Below are positions 1 through 38,953 of a stretch of DNA of 64,000 nucleotides, piece by piece. The translations under genes and the position numbers were made by a program. Under the pieces are notes generated by a model. That model was not told where the DNA came from and searched no databases. It worked only from the letters and a program-made list of their open reading frames with translations. Numbering within the stretch: the stretch's first letter is position 1; the number at the start of each line of letters is the position of its first letter. Origin of the DNA: the human T2T-CHM13v2.0 reference genome, Homo sapiens. The stretch lies in assembly GCF_009914755.1 (NCBI RefSeq), contig NC_060947.1, one strand, 5' to 3'.

Positions 1-531
1 TGGCAGGAAAACTGTTCAGGAGGCGGCAGAGGAGCCTGTGGGGGACGGGAGGCAGCCACCTCCCCGCGTCCTTCGAACCCTTTGCTTGGGCTGCCGGGCA
101 TCAATACCCCAACTCACCCAGCACCCCCTCTTCAGAATAACCTCAAAACCCAACCGGGCTCCTGGCCACAGGGCCTTCTCTTAGTCCAACCACCAGGCTG
201 AGTGAATCCTCGTGGAGCCAGGAGGGTCCTCAGTGACCCTGCACAAACCCGTTATCAAGTCACCCCAAGTGGGATCCAATTAGCATCCTGTCTCACCCAG
301 AATCGCCACTTACCACACCTCTACCTGCCTCTGTGTGCTTGGTCCCCACCATTTCTCCTGCAGTCCCAGACTAAGGAAGGACTGGACGGCCCGACCCAAG
401 CCTCCCGCAAATGATTTTAAGGAAGGAGATGCCCCTCGGCAGCCAGACATGAGGATTGATTCCAGGACTCACCCAGCTGCTGCCCCAGGGACCCCACAGA
501 CTTCCCAAGCAGAGCCAGTTCCCTGGGAGGG
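1..531 (-). pseudogene. Candidate decayed intron-containing gene fragment (unidentified)
   Basis: Three short introns (371-472, 239-313, 36-117) with GTRAGT donors and YAG acceptors; joined exons contain stops in every frame. Confidence 0.35.
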
Positions 532-622
532 CTGCATGGAGGAGGAGACCTGCCAACACTGGAGCCGAGGGGTTTCTACTGATTCATTCACAAAGCTTAG
601 ATCTCAGATCTTGGACACATGA

Positions 623-972
<350 letters not shown>

Positions 973-1006
973 CCATTTATTCTTCTATCCACACATTCGC
1001 CAAGTA

Positions 1007-1293
1007 CAGTCATCCCTCAGTATCCAGGAGAAATTGGTTCCAGGACCCCCACGGATACCAAAACCCACGGATACTCACACCCCAGATATTAAATGGTGTA
1101 GTGGTTGCATGTAATGCACACATATCCTCTTGTACACTTTAAACCATCTCTAGATAACTTATAATACTTCATACTATGTAAATAGTTGCTATACTGTATT
1201 ATTTGTATTATTTTTATTTTATTTTTTTTCTGAATATTTTCTATCTTTGGTTGGTTGAATCTGAGGATGCAAAACCAGGCATAGGGTGGACTG
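1007..1293 (+). mobile_element. MER2 (TcMar-Tigger) DNA transposon fossil
   Basis: CAGTCATCCCTCAGTATCC...GGTTCCAGGACCCCC start and TTGGTTGAATC...GACTG end. Confidence 0.8.
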
Positions 1294-1449
1294 GATGTTG
1301 GTCCTGGTATTTGGGATGAAAGGAGAGTGAGAGGGCGTTCAGGGCAGGAAAGAAAGAAGCTGGCATTACAGCCGAGTGCAGTCAGGGACCTTGGGAGGCC
1401 TGCCAACAGCACATGCAGAAAAGCTGGGAGCACTGGGGCGAGTTGCTCA

Positions 1450-1977
<528 letters not shown>

Positions 1978-2243
1978 TCAGACTGGTGTTTGGGAAGGTT
2001 GGCCACTGGCAGTGTGTATGCAAGGGGGGACCTCAGGGAGCGAAGGTGGGTTAAGGGGGAGCTCAGACTGGTGTGGAGCCCTAACATGGACATCTATGAT
2101 CTTTCTGCCTTTAGAGGGCTAGTTTTCACCAAGTTTCCACCCGCACTGCAACCCAATGACAATGTTTAAATATTCTGGGTGAGTCATTTGCTAGGATTTC
2201 TGCAAAAGTATTTGATTCGATCCATTTATGAATCAAGTTGATC

Positions 2244-2893
2244 CTTCCTTCCTTCTTTCCCTCCCTCCCTCTCTCCCCCCCCCTTCCTTCCTCTTCCTTC
2301 CTTCCTTCCTTCCTTCCTTCTTCTGTCTTCATTTGTTGCTCAGGCTGGAGTGCAGTGATACAATCAGAGCTCACCGCAGCCTGGATCTCCTGGACTCAAG
2401 CAATCCTCCTAGCTCAGCCTCCTGAATAGCTAGGATTACAGGTGTGCGCCACCATGCCCAGCTAATTTTTTTATCTTTTGTAGAGATGGGATCTTGCTAT
2501 GCTGCCCAGGATGGTCTTTTTTTTGAGACAGAGTCTTGCTCTGTTGCCCAGGCTGGAGTGCAGTGGCACAACCATGGTTCACGGCAGCCTGAACTTCCTA
2601 GGCTTAAGTGATCCTCCCATCTCAGCCTCTTGAGTAGCTGAGACTACAGGCATTCACCACCATGCCTGACTAATTTTTTATTTTTTGTAAAATAAAAAGG
2701 TAGATGGGGTCTCGCCATGTTGCCCAGGCTAGTCTCGAACTCCCAGGCTCAAGCAATCCTCCTGCCTCAGCCTCCCAAAGTGTTGGGATTGCAGGCATGA
2801 GCCAGCATGCTTGGCCACCAGACTGGTCTTGAACTCCTGACTTCAAGTGGTCCTCCTGCCTCGGGATTGCAGATGTGAGCCCCTGTGCCAGGC
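2244..2893 (-). mobile_element. (CCTT)n tail plus old AluJ interrupted by a second Alu (2517-2815)
   Basis: The first Alu breaks at ...TGGTCTT and resumes at 2818 after the nested element. Confidence 0.85.
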
Positions 2894-4374
2894 TAAGTTG
2901 GTGTTCTTTCTTTATGGATTGTTATACCCCCAGGAGAGGCTGATAGCTACCCAGAGTTCTGCCTGTCAGTTTCGAGGTCTCATCTCAGTGACCCACAATC
3001 TCTCCAGCTCCCCAGCACTGCTGAGTGGAAAGAGTCTTCCTGTCTTTTCCCCTGCCCCGGGCCCAGGCAGCATCCAGGTAACTGTGGGGCTGAGGCTGGA
3101 GCAGGCCAGGCCCATGAAGCAGGTTGGCACCTCGAGAGTTTCTGCTTTTCCTCAGAATCTGAGGTACTTCTTGGTAATGAGGTAGAGCCCAACCTCCTTA
3201 AAAGTGACATGCTTGCCAGTGCAGTTTGCTACCATTTGTGTGTTTGAATACAGTTAAAAATTCTGTAACTTTGTCTATAAAGACAAATAGACAAAACCAA
3301 GATCTGGAAGCAAAGAAAACAGTTAGGAAATGAAAATTATAATCCAGGTGAGAGGGGATGAAGACTTGAATCAAGGCAGGAGGCGTGGGAGGCAGATGCC
3401 ATATACTCTTTTGCAAGCTTCTTGTGAACATCGAATTCGATAAGCTGCAGAAAAGCAGCTGGCATGGTGCCTAGCATACAGTAGGCATCAAATAAGTGCT
3501 GGGTTGCCACCCACCCCCTCCTTGAGGCAAGTTCTGTCAGAAAGCAGGCCCAGGGGTGTTCTCTGCAGAGAGAAGCCAGGATGAAGGCCTTGTTCCAGCT
3601 CCTCGGAGACCTGTGGGTCTGACCCCACATGCCTGGCAGAAGTGCCTCCATTTTAACTGCCTTGGGCCTTCTTGACCACAGTGTGAGCGACCACAGCCCC
3701 GTCACAGGCTGGTACTTGGGGCCTCTCCCCTCCTCTCACTTGTGGAGAGTAGGCCCAAAGTTGGGCCTATGTGGCCACATAAGCACTCCATCCTTGTCTT
3801 CTCTCCTTGGTTCTTCCCTACTCACCACCACCCCAACCAACAAGAAAGGAAGAGAAAGGTCCCACCCCACATATATTGCCTGTCCCAGTGTTTGATAGGG
3901 AAGGAGGTGGTAACACTCGGTGTGACCCCCACGGAAAGACAGTCCCCTCACACCCTGAGTTGGTGCCACACCATCAGCTCTGCAGCGGGCACTTTCAGCT
4001 CCTGCTGCTCCTTTGCCACCAGGTCTGGGGTTTCACTGTTCTGGGGCTCAGTCCCATGCCTGTCTTGTGAGGCTCTGGAATCACAGGAAAGAAACAGCGG
4101 GCTTCTCTGTGCTGGAGGTCCCCATGTCACAGTGGCCCAGGGCCAGGCCACGACATGAACACTCATGCTGCAGCTAAGAGTAAAGGCTCATCATTTCATC
4201 TGGAAACATTGACCTGTTTCTCCATTTTTCCCTTTAACTATCTGGCCACAGCAGGATTCCTGGGCATAAGGGCATAACCCTCCTTGAGGTTTTGCTTTCC
4301 AAGTGAGTTGTTTTATTCTAAAAATCCTACATTATACTCCATTTTAGCATTGAGTATCATTATTTCCTTTCTTT

Positions 4375-5020
<646 letters not shown>

Positions 5021-5385
5021 ATTTTTAAAAAGTTGCATTGAAGGAATAAGGATGAACCAATTGAAGGAAACACAGAGGAATTTTACAAACAGAGAGACCA
5101 GCAGGAATCAAGACCCAGGGACATAAACCAGCACCAGGTGGTGAAGAGACCATAAGCAGATCAGTGAAAAGGCTGAAATGGGAGGGGGCTTGAAAGATGG
5201 GACAGTTAGGACGGACCAGGATAGGAACAACCTTGACTCCACTTGAAGGTGCATGGGCCACTTTTTGGAGGTGAGGAAGAACCACTGAGTGGGTTTCAGC
5301 AGGAGAACAGGGGAATATTTCTCTTTGGATCTGATTTCCCTGGCTACAGTGTTGAATGACTGGGAGACAAACCAGCAGAGAAGGA

Positions 5386-6177
<792 letters not shown>

Positions 6178-6248
6178 AAGGGGGAGAATAGATTAGGAGC
6201 ATATGACTTGAACTACAGCCACGAAAGACGGACAAAATAGAGGGCCTA

Positions 6249-8930
<2,682 letters not shown>

Positions 8931-9059
8931 TCAACAAAAAATATTTGTGCGTGGTGTTGGAATAGATGTTATTAATATATTAGATACTGTTCTTCAAATG
9001 TAGTCTTACATGTTAATCCACAAAAATGATCAGATAAATAAAATTACTATATACTGCTT

Positions 9060-13310
<4,251 letters not shown>

Positions 13311-14099
13311 AATGTGCAGCTCACCTAGGATGATTGTATAACTGGTTTAGACCATGGCTACATAGAATTAACCAGAGAGTGGTGAGAACAAGGTGGGGCA
13401 GGAAGGAATCTTCTGGACACAGAAGAGAACAACAAGCAAGAACGTGGTGGTGGGAGCCACACTGCCTGGGTTAGAATCTTGGCTCTGGCCCACACTCGTG
13501 CTGTGTTCCTGGCTAAGTTACTGCCTTCCTCCAAGCCTGTCTCCTTATCTGTGAAATGTAGGTGAGTTCATATGTGGAGTCGCTTAGGGCAGCACTTGAT
13601 ACAGAGCTAGCACTCAAGGGTTTGTTATTCTTTCTATCATTTCACCTAGGAAGGATGTGCTCAACTGGAAATGCTAGGTGGACTTACAGTAACACCGTAA
13701 AATCCATCATGTGAATGTTTAGCTCATGAGAATTTCACTCTTCATGCTCTGGGGTAACTAACATATATTCTACATACTCACTTGTATGACTATTCAGATC
13801 TGCTGCAGTACTTCATTCTTCTCCATCGCTATCCCAATTTATGTGATGAAAAGAATATAAATTTTTTAAAATAAAAAATAACCTATAACTCATAGAATAA
13901 AATAGGGAACCATGAGTCCATACTGATATAAATAAATGAATACATTGAAAATTTGATGAGGAACAGAATGTTTACAAGATCTCAAAGTGCCTTTCCGCAA
14001 ACTACTGATTTTTTAAAATAATTTAATATATTTTATTTAATCCATTATATCCAAAATGTTATCATTTCACCATGTAATCAATATAAAAAGTTGAGATAA

Positions 14100-14532
<433 letters not shown>

Positions 14533-14566
14533 TTATTTACTTACAAATTTTTCTTTAGAGATGGGG

Positions 14567-22783
<8,217 letters not shown>

Positions 22784-22870
22784 TAATCAAATGTCAGCTC
22801 ACTGTGCATGGTTAGGAACTCCCAATTAGAATGACTTGTTGTCCTCAGGTGTCAATTAAGACCAACCTAC

Positions 22871-23580
22871 CTGAGGCAGACACTCTGATGTGCCTCCTGG
22901 ATCCCACTTCAAGCAGGGGCTTGTTTTTCCAGCACTGGCAGTGCTGTGAGCAGATAGCTCTCAATTGCCAGCCCCTTCAGGAGTGGCCTCAGCTGCGGAA
23001 AGCCTCCTTGTGCAAGGGCATACCCTTCCCAGGGCAGTCCACATCCACAATTGATCAATGAGGGGATACGAAGGCCTGGTCATCTTCAGCCAGCTCGAGA
23101 AATCTCTGATGGACCAACGTAGCTCCAGAACTTTCCTGCAGGATCATCCAAGGCTGTGCTAGGGACTGTATCATAGCTGTATGGTCCCTCTGTCCAATCC
23201 TACCTCTTCCGCTTTCCTTCACATGCATTGATAGCAAGTAAACAGTCTGTGCGCTCAACTCCATCTCAGAGCCGGCTGGTTAGAAAAACCAACCTCCCAG
23301 CACTTTGGAAGGCCGAGGCGGGCGGATCACTTGAGGTCAGGAGTTCGAGACCAGCCTGGCCAACAGGGTGAAACCCCGTCTCTACTAAAAATACAAAAAT
23401 TAGCTGCGTGTGGTGTTGAGTGCCTGTAATCTCAGCTACTCAGGAGGCTGAGGCAGGAGAATCACTTGAACCCAGGAAGCAGAGGTTTCAGTGAGCTGAG
23501 ATCATGCCACTGCACTCCAGCCTGGGTGACAGAGCGAGACTCCATCTCAAAAAAAAAAAAAAGAAAAACCAACCTGCAAT
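22871..23580 (+). mobile_element. LTR16-like (ERVL) solo LTR with an Alu (23296-23565) inserted near its 3' end
   Basis: TGAGGCAGACACTCTG...CTCCATCTCAGAG; AGAAAAACCAACCT duplicated around the Alu. Confidence 0.65.
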
Positions 23581-23690
23581 ATCTCCTTTTTATCTTGCTG
23601 CCTATGCTGTAAGGTTTTAAAGGAAATGATAAACATTGTGACTACCTGATTAGATGGATGAGTCTTTGGCTTCAAGGTACATGGTTTCAG

Positions 23691-27640
<3,950 letters not shown>

Positions 27641-27731
27641 AAACTTTGGCCAGAGTTATATCATTACTTTGAGAAAAGCACCCAAGGTATTGGTTTTGCA
27701 GATTGTGCGGAGTCATTAAGAAAAGGAACAG

Positions 27732-29775
<2,044 letters not shown>

Positions 29776-31044
29776 ACACTACTGGCCAGCACTGGCTGAC
29801 CTGGGTACCTGCAGGCCACCAGGATTGCTAAAACATCTGTCGATGCTGTGACTGAACCTTCTGAAATGAAACTAGACTTCATTTTGGATTATTGGGGTGT
29901 TTATTCTTGTGTAATCTTATCAGTGTCCTTGAACTTGGATCATTCAATAAGTACTGCCAAGGGACATAGATATTTGCTTTGATACTTTAATAATTTCAGT
30001 GGTGATGACAGTGATAACAGGAACAGTTAATAAGTACTACACAGTCACTATGCATCAGGCATTCTGTAAAGTTTGATGCAGATTAGTTCACAGAATCTTA
30101 CAAGAACCCTATGGTGAAAATACTTTTAGAAAATATTAAAGATGTTAAAGCCTATAATCAGTTGACTTAAAGTTAAAAAAAAATTAAAGATGAAACAGAC
30201 ACCAAGAGAAGAAACAGCTTGTCCAAGATCGCACAGTTATTAATACATAGCAGGACCTGAGGATATTCACACACACTAACTAGATAAGTGGTCAAGTATT
30301 AAGGCATTCTGGGTAACTTCAGAATTGATTTTCTCATACCACATCATGGTAGGCAACATTTACATGGGTGACAAAAACTATTGCAAGCTATTTTATACTA
30401 TATACAGAGAGGACTACATGTTATATTATATCAATAATGATATAGCAAAGACAACATGTGGTTCACTTATCCAGAAAAAATGAAAATTATTTGGAGTATA
30501 TTTGAAATTTCATTTACAATAATTTTATAAATTGAATCAAAATTTATTAAATATAGATGATGTAAACCAACAGATATTACACTTTTTTTTCTCCTATGAT
30601 GGGTGGTGAAATCTACTGTGGGTCAGTGTATATGTGCTTGGAATAAATGTGTAAACCTTGAGAAAATTTTTACAAAGTGTATTTCTGATTGAAACCAAAA
30701 GAAGACATTTCAGAATTCCTTGTTTGGTGGAAATGCTTTTTGTTTCTTTGTTTAATTAATTACACTTTAAAAATAATTGCTGACCATACTGAATTGCAAT
30801 CCCTACCAAGGGAGCTACCAGGGAGGGAGAGAGGTGTCTGTCACTGTCCATGGCATCTTAAAGGTTGCCCCCACTGCTCAGTGTTTGTTTATGGGTTCAT
30901 ATTGATCCCTTTGCTTAACTAGTAAATATTTTCCTATTTGAGAAATAATCATACTTAGCACAGAATGTCCTCATCAGAGTAAATCTTTAATAATAAAATT
31001 ATACGACTGTTATTTGGTTTAATCATGTTTTTCCACTCATCTGA

Positions 31045-31772
<728 letters not shown>

Positions 31773-33589
31773 TTAAATGGTGTGTTTTTCATAGGGATAG
31801 CAAATTGAAATTACTACTCAATGAATTTTGCTAAGAAAGACTTTTTAATAAGAACAGTTAAAAAGTCATGGTTAAATTCACTTACTTGTAAATTTCCTAC
31901 ACCTCTCCCCCCAGGGTTGTATATTAAAAATCCCTTCTAGGAATGTACAGAAGTGGAAACTTCCACACTCTACTTTTATTAAGGATTTCGATGGAACAAT
32001 TACTGTTGCCTCATCACTGATTTAAAAGCAACATTAAGTTCCTTGTTTGTAGCCGGTCTCAGGCCCACACACCTCCCATTGGCCACCTCCTGTGCATAGC
32101 TATTGGTCTGTCAGTGGCTCCGTGGTGAAGTAGAGCCTATCAATGCCCAGGGTATCCCAAGGCCCGCCTTCTACTGCACTGCTATTGGCAGATCTCGCTG
32201 CCTGTTGGGGGGGGCCTGTTGCGGAGAGAGGCTCCCTGGGTTGGCAGAGAGGAGCTGGTGGTTGAGGGGCCTGAGTCAAACCTGTGTTCCCGGTCTCAGA
32301 GAAATGTGCATGCACGGTCAACTCCCCCGAAATGAACAGCTGAGAGGACGGCGGTGGGAGGGGGTCCCAGAGATGGCGCTCTCCAGGCCGCAGCAGGGGC
32401 CGGTGAGGTCGGCGGCTTTGGAAAATGAGAGTCGCACGTTTTAGAGGAGGTCCCCAGGCACGCAGGACTGCTGGGTGGATCTGGGATTCCTTAAGGAGGT
32501 GCCCATGGCCCGCACCCTTGTTAAACACTTTTTATCAAACGAAGTCCTGGAGCACTCTCTCCTTTTCCCCTCTGGTTAGGGCAGCCTGAACCTTAATGTC
32601 CTCAGCTATAAAAGTAGCATTACAACGGCAGTCGGTGAACACTTCAGATTTTAAAAAATTTTCAGACATATTTCTGAGACTTTAAAATGAACAACAATAA
32701 AAACCAACAAGTACTTTGATAACTTTACATTTTTTTCCAGATGGATAATTACAAGGGGGATGTCAGAAAACTATAATCAACTAGTTTGGGTTTTAATTTT
32801 TGTCTTAATACATGGTACTTCTAATGGTTTAAATATGGTGGTGATGATAATGACAAAAAGTCAAAAAGGCCAGGCGCTGTGACATGCGTCTGTGGTCCCA
32901 GCTTTCTGGGAAGATGGCTTGAGCCCAGGAGGTCGAGGCCGCAGTGAGCTGTGATTGCACCACTGCACTCCAGCCTGGGTGACAGAGCGAGACTCTGTCG
33001 CAAAACAAAAGAAAACCAAACCTAAATCACTTTAAAGGACTTCATGCTTTAAAGTGTCAGGTACCTGTAAGGTACTTGGCTGAAGTGCCAGTTGAGATGG
33101 GTGTGAAGTGAGTCTATGAGTCCTTGGGGGAGAAAGCATTGCCTTTGAGTGGGCTATGTCCCCTACCCTTCCCCTCCTTCCCCCATCCTGCAAAAGCAAT
33201 GAGCTTTTGCTGGCATTTTTCTCATCTTTTTGTAAACGTTGAACGATGGAGCCAGAGGTCTGTCTTCAAATACTGCCTAGAAATTAAAGTTTTTAAACAA
33301 ATTAAATATTTAAGTGAATTGAAATGTAAAATGCACTCCCCTATTCCCCTCCCCAAAGCCCCTCACTGAGCTCCAAACAGGAGTTGTTCCTGACCCCACT
33401 GGCACTGAGGTGTTTGCCAGGGCTCCTGCAGTGGGAGATGGAGATTCAGGGTCTAGGGATTTAATTTCAGAAAAAAGAATTTTTTCAAAATAATTTCTCT
33501 AACCAATAAGAATTTCTAAGAAACAAATGTTTAGAATTATGTTTGTGGCCTTCTTCTTTTTTTTTTTTTTTGCCATGCAGTTCTTATTC

Positions 33590-35230
<1,641 letters not shown>

Positions 35231-35452
35231 AAGGGGAGTTGGGAAATGGAAATTATATGGGAGGCCAGTAGGCAGAACTTCTGTCTTCCTTCTTATAGAC
35301 AGAGAAAGCCATGTGATAAATACAGATTGAAATATGTTGAGGCCCCCCCTCACCTATGACCTTCCTCTGATCTTTCCCATTACATTGCCAAAGGATGCTA
35401 AATCTCCAAACAGGAGAATGCAGTCACTTGAAACACAACAGGCCATTCATGG

Positions 35453-36439
<987 letters not shown>

Positions 36440-36849
36440 ATACCTCCACACATTGACTGGCATCGTGCTCCCTTCCAGGTCCGCACTTCCCTCTTCACCT
36501 GGCCACCTGTGACTAGTTTTTCATAGTCCTAATCAACCCCATTCCTAAAGGAAGCCTCCCAGACAGCAGGCCGCCCCTCCTAGGCCCAGTCCCCCAGCCC
36601 CCGCCACACCAGAGACCCGCTGTCCTCAAAGGCTATGAACTACAGTCTCCTAGAGCTGGTGAACATCGCCGATCATTGGTTCTGATTCCAACCCATTTCA
36701 AAGATGGTAAAAACTGAGACACGGGAAAATCATAAAAGGGTGCTTAGGGCACTGGCCCAAAAAGGGTACTTAAGGATTTCTCCGCCCAGATGCCAAAGCC
36801 CTAAGGTCAGCCCCAAATGACCTGTGTTCTGCTTTATACGTCTATGCCA

Positions 36850-37520
36850 CTGTTGGGGTTAAAGCCCTAGGCACGCAGGTCTTGCCTCAACTGCGCCTGC
36901 GCGAGTCAGGACGAGCGCTTGCCCCAGATCTTGACGTTTCAGGCGGCCCCTCCTAATCCGGAACACGACTCACATTCCGTTGGTCTTGCCTTGACAGACG
37001 TGACCCTGACCCAATAAGGGTGGAAGGCTGAGTCCCGCAGAGCCAATAACGAGAGTCCGAGAGGCGACGGAGGCGGACTCTGTGAGGAAACAAGAAGAGA
37101 GGCCCAAGATGGAGACGGCGGCGGCTGTAGCGGCGTGACAGGTGAGGGCGGGCCCGGGAGGGCTCGGTTTCTGGAGCGGCTGCCGGGCACGGGCAGGGAG
37201 CCCGGACCGAAAGCTCAGCTCCAGGATGGCTGCGCCTGGGCCCCGGCGTTCCCTGCCCGGAACCGGAGGAGTGGTTTGACCCGGGGCGAGACCATCGTCG
37301 ACAGCGGGGGTGGGGTGGGTAACAGGAATAGGCGGGCAAGGCTGCGGGTGATGGTTTCGCCCGCTGCTAGTGGTGGTGCGCCTGCGCAGAGCCGGAAGCC
37401 CTTTGGTAGGCGGGACCCGACCGAGTGGTGCCGGGATTCCGTCTTAACCCCCGCTAAGGTGTCCAATGACCTTTCCTTACCAACTGCGGGGAGTGTGTGG
37501 AAACGCGGTTCACTCCCCGG
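36850..37520 (+). promoter_or_regulatory. ARAF: ARAF CpG-island, TATA-less promoter
   Basis: CpG-rich; NRF1-type TGCGCCTGCGC at 36892 and 37377; ETS CCGGAA at 36958 and 37392; TGACGT at 36932; two CCAAT boxes at 37011 and 37043 (32 bp apart); YY1-like CAAGATGG at 37105. Confidence 0.85.
37060..37141 (+). other. ARAF: ARAF non-coding exon 1 (5' end approximate)
   Basis: Inside CpG island; donor ACAG|GTGAGG at 37141/37142; splices to acceptor TTGTAG|GAG at 38798/38799. Confidence 0.85.
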
Positions 37521-38124
37521 TTTCCTTATTCTGGATCAGTGTCTGACCGCCCCCGCCGGGAGAATGTCAGGATTCTCGCCTCTGTAACCGCCTTCCATGA
37601 TCCCTCATTCAGTTTAGACCAGTAATATGCCTGTGACCCCTCACAGGTTGTCAAGGAGAATTTTGGAGCTCCCTCTTTACCTCCATTTTTCTCCCCGCAA
37701 CACCATACCTTCCTTCTCCTTTTGCTATGACAATGTCTGGTGGTCCACCATTACCTCCCCAGTTCGGCTCAATGTCTGGTCATTTCCATTTCCACCCTTC
37801 TCCCCATTACAGTCCCTAGTGACGCCTGTTACATCTCCCTTCCGCATAGTATGTAGTGACCCCCCCCCCCCATGAATTCCTCATCATAGAGGCTTGGGAC
37901 TTCCATTAGCCACCTAACAACGGTGTCTGTGGTCCTAACATCAACATTACACCCCAGGGCTTAGGGATGTCCACAGTGCCCTTTAAGGACATGTTTGGTG
38001 CAACCTCCATCTTCCCCAAACTAAGGGCAGTATCTGATAATCCTCTCTTTCCCATCACCGTGCCTGCGACTCCTCCCTCACCACAGTAACTGGCATTTCC
38101 CCCGTTCTCTGTTAAAAAACCAGG

Positions 38125-38410
<286 letters not shown>

Positions 38411-38857
38411 CCAGGACATTCTGTTCGTGCTTCTTATGTACCTGACGGCTCAGTGCAGTGTGTACTGACTTCCCCATTGGTCCCCAGCACAGAGTCTTGT
38501 GTGCTCCTCTACCCTCCAAGACAGTATGCTCTGTCCCCCTTCCCTGTTCTCTCCCCCGCAACCCTGTGCAGTGAAGCTGAGACCTTGGCACTCAAGAGTG
38601 AGACAAGCAACAGGAGGGCCTGAGCAGAGAAGGAACTGGAAGGACTTCAGATGTGAGCAGGATCTCTTGGACTGTCGTGTGAAAATTAGGCTGCAGGGGG
38701 CGACAGGAGCCTGGACTTTGAATTTTATTTTGTCCCCTGCCACTTTGCTTCTAGACTATCATTATTGGACCTCTGAATTCTTGTCTGCCTTCTTGTAGGA
38801 GCCCCATGGCACCTGCCCAGCCCCACCTCAGCCCATCTTGACAAAATCTAAGGCTCC

Positions 38858-38953
38858 ATGGAGCCACCACGGGGCCCCCCTGCCAATGGGGCCGAGCCAT
38901 CCCGGGCAGTGGGCACCGTCAAAGTATACCTGCCCAACAAGCAACGCACGGTG
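38858..38953 (+). CDS. ARAF: ARAF exon 2, coding part (MEPPRG...KQRTV)
   Basis: ATG at 38858; donor GTG|GTGAGT. Confidence 0.97.
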
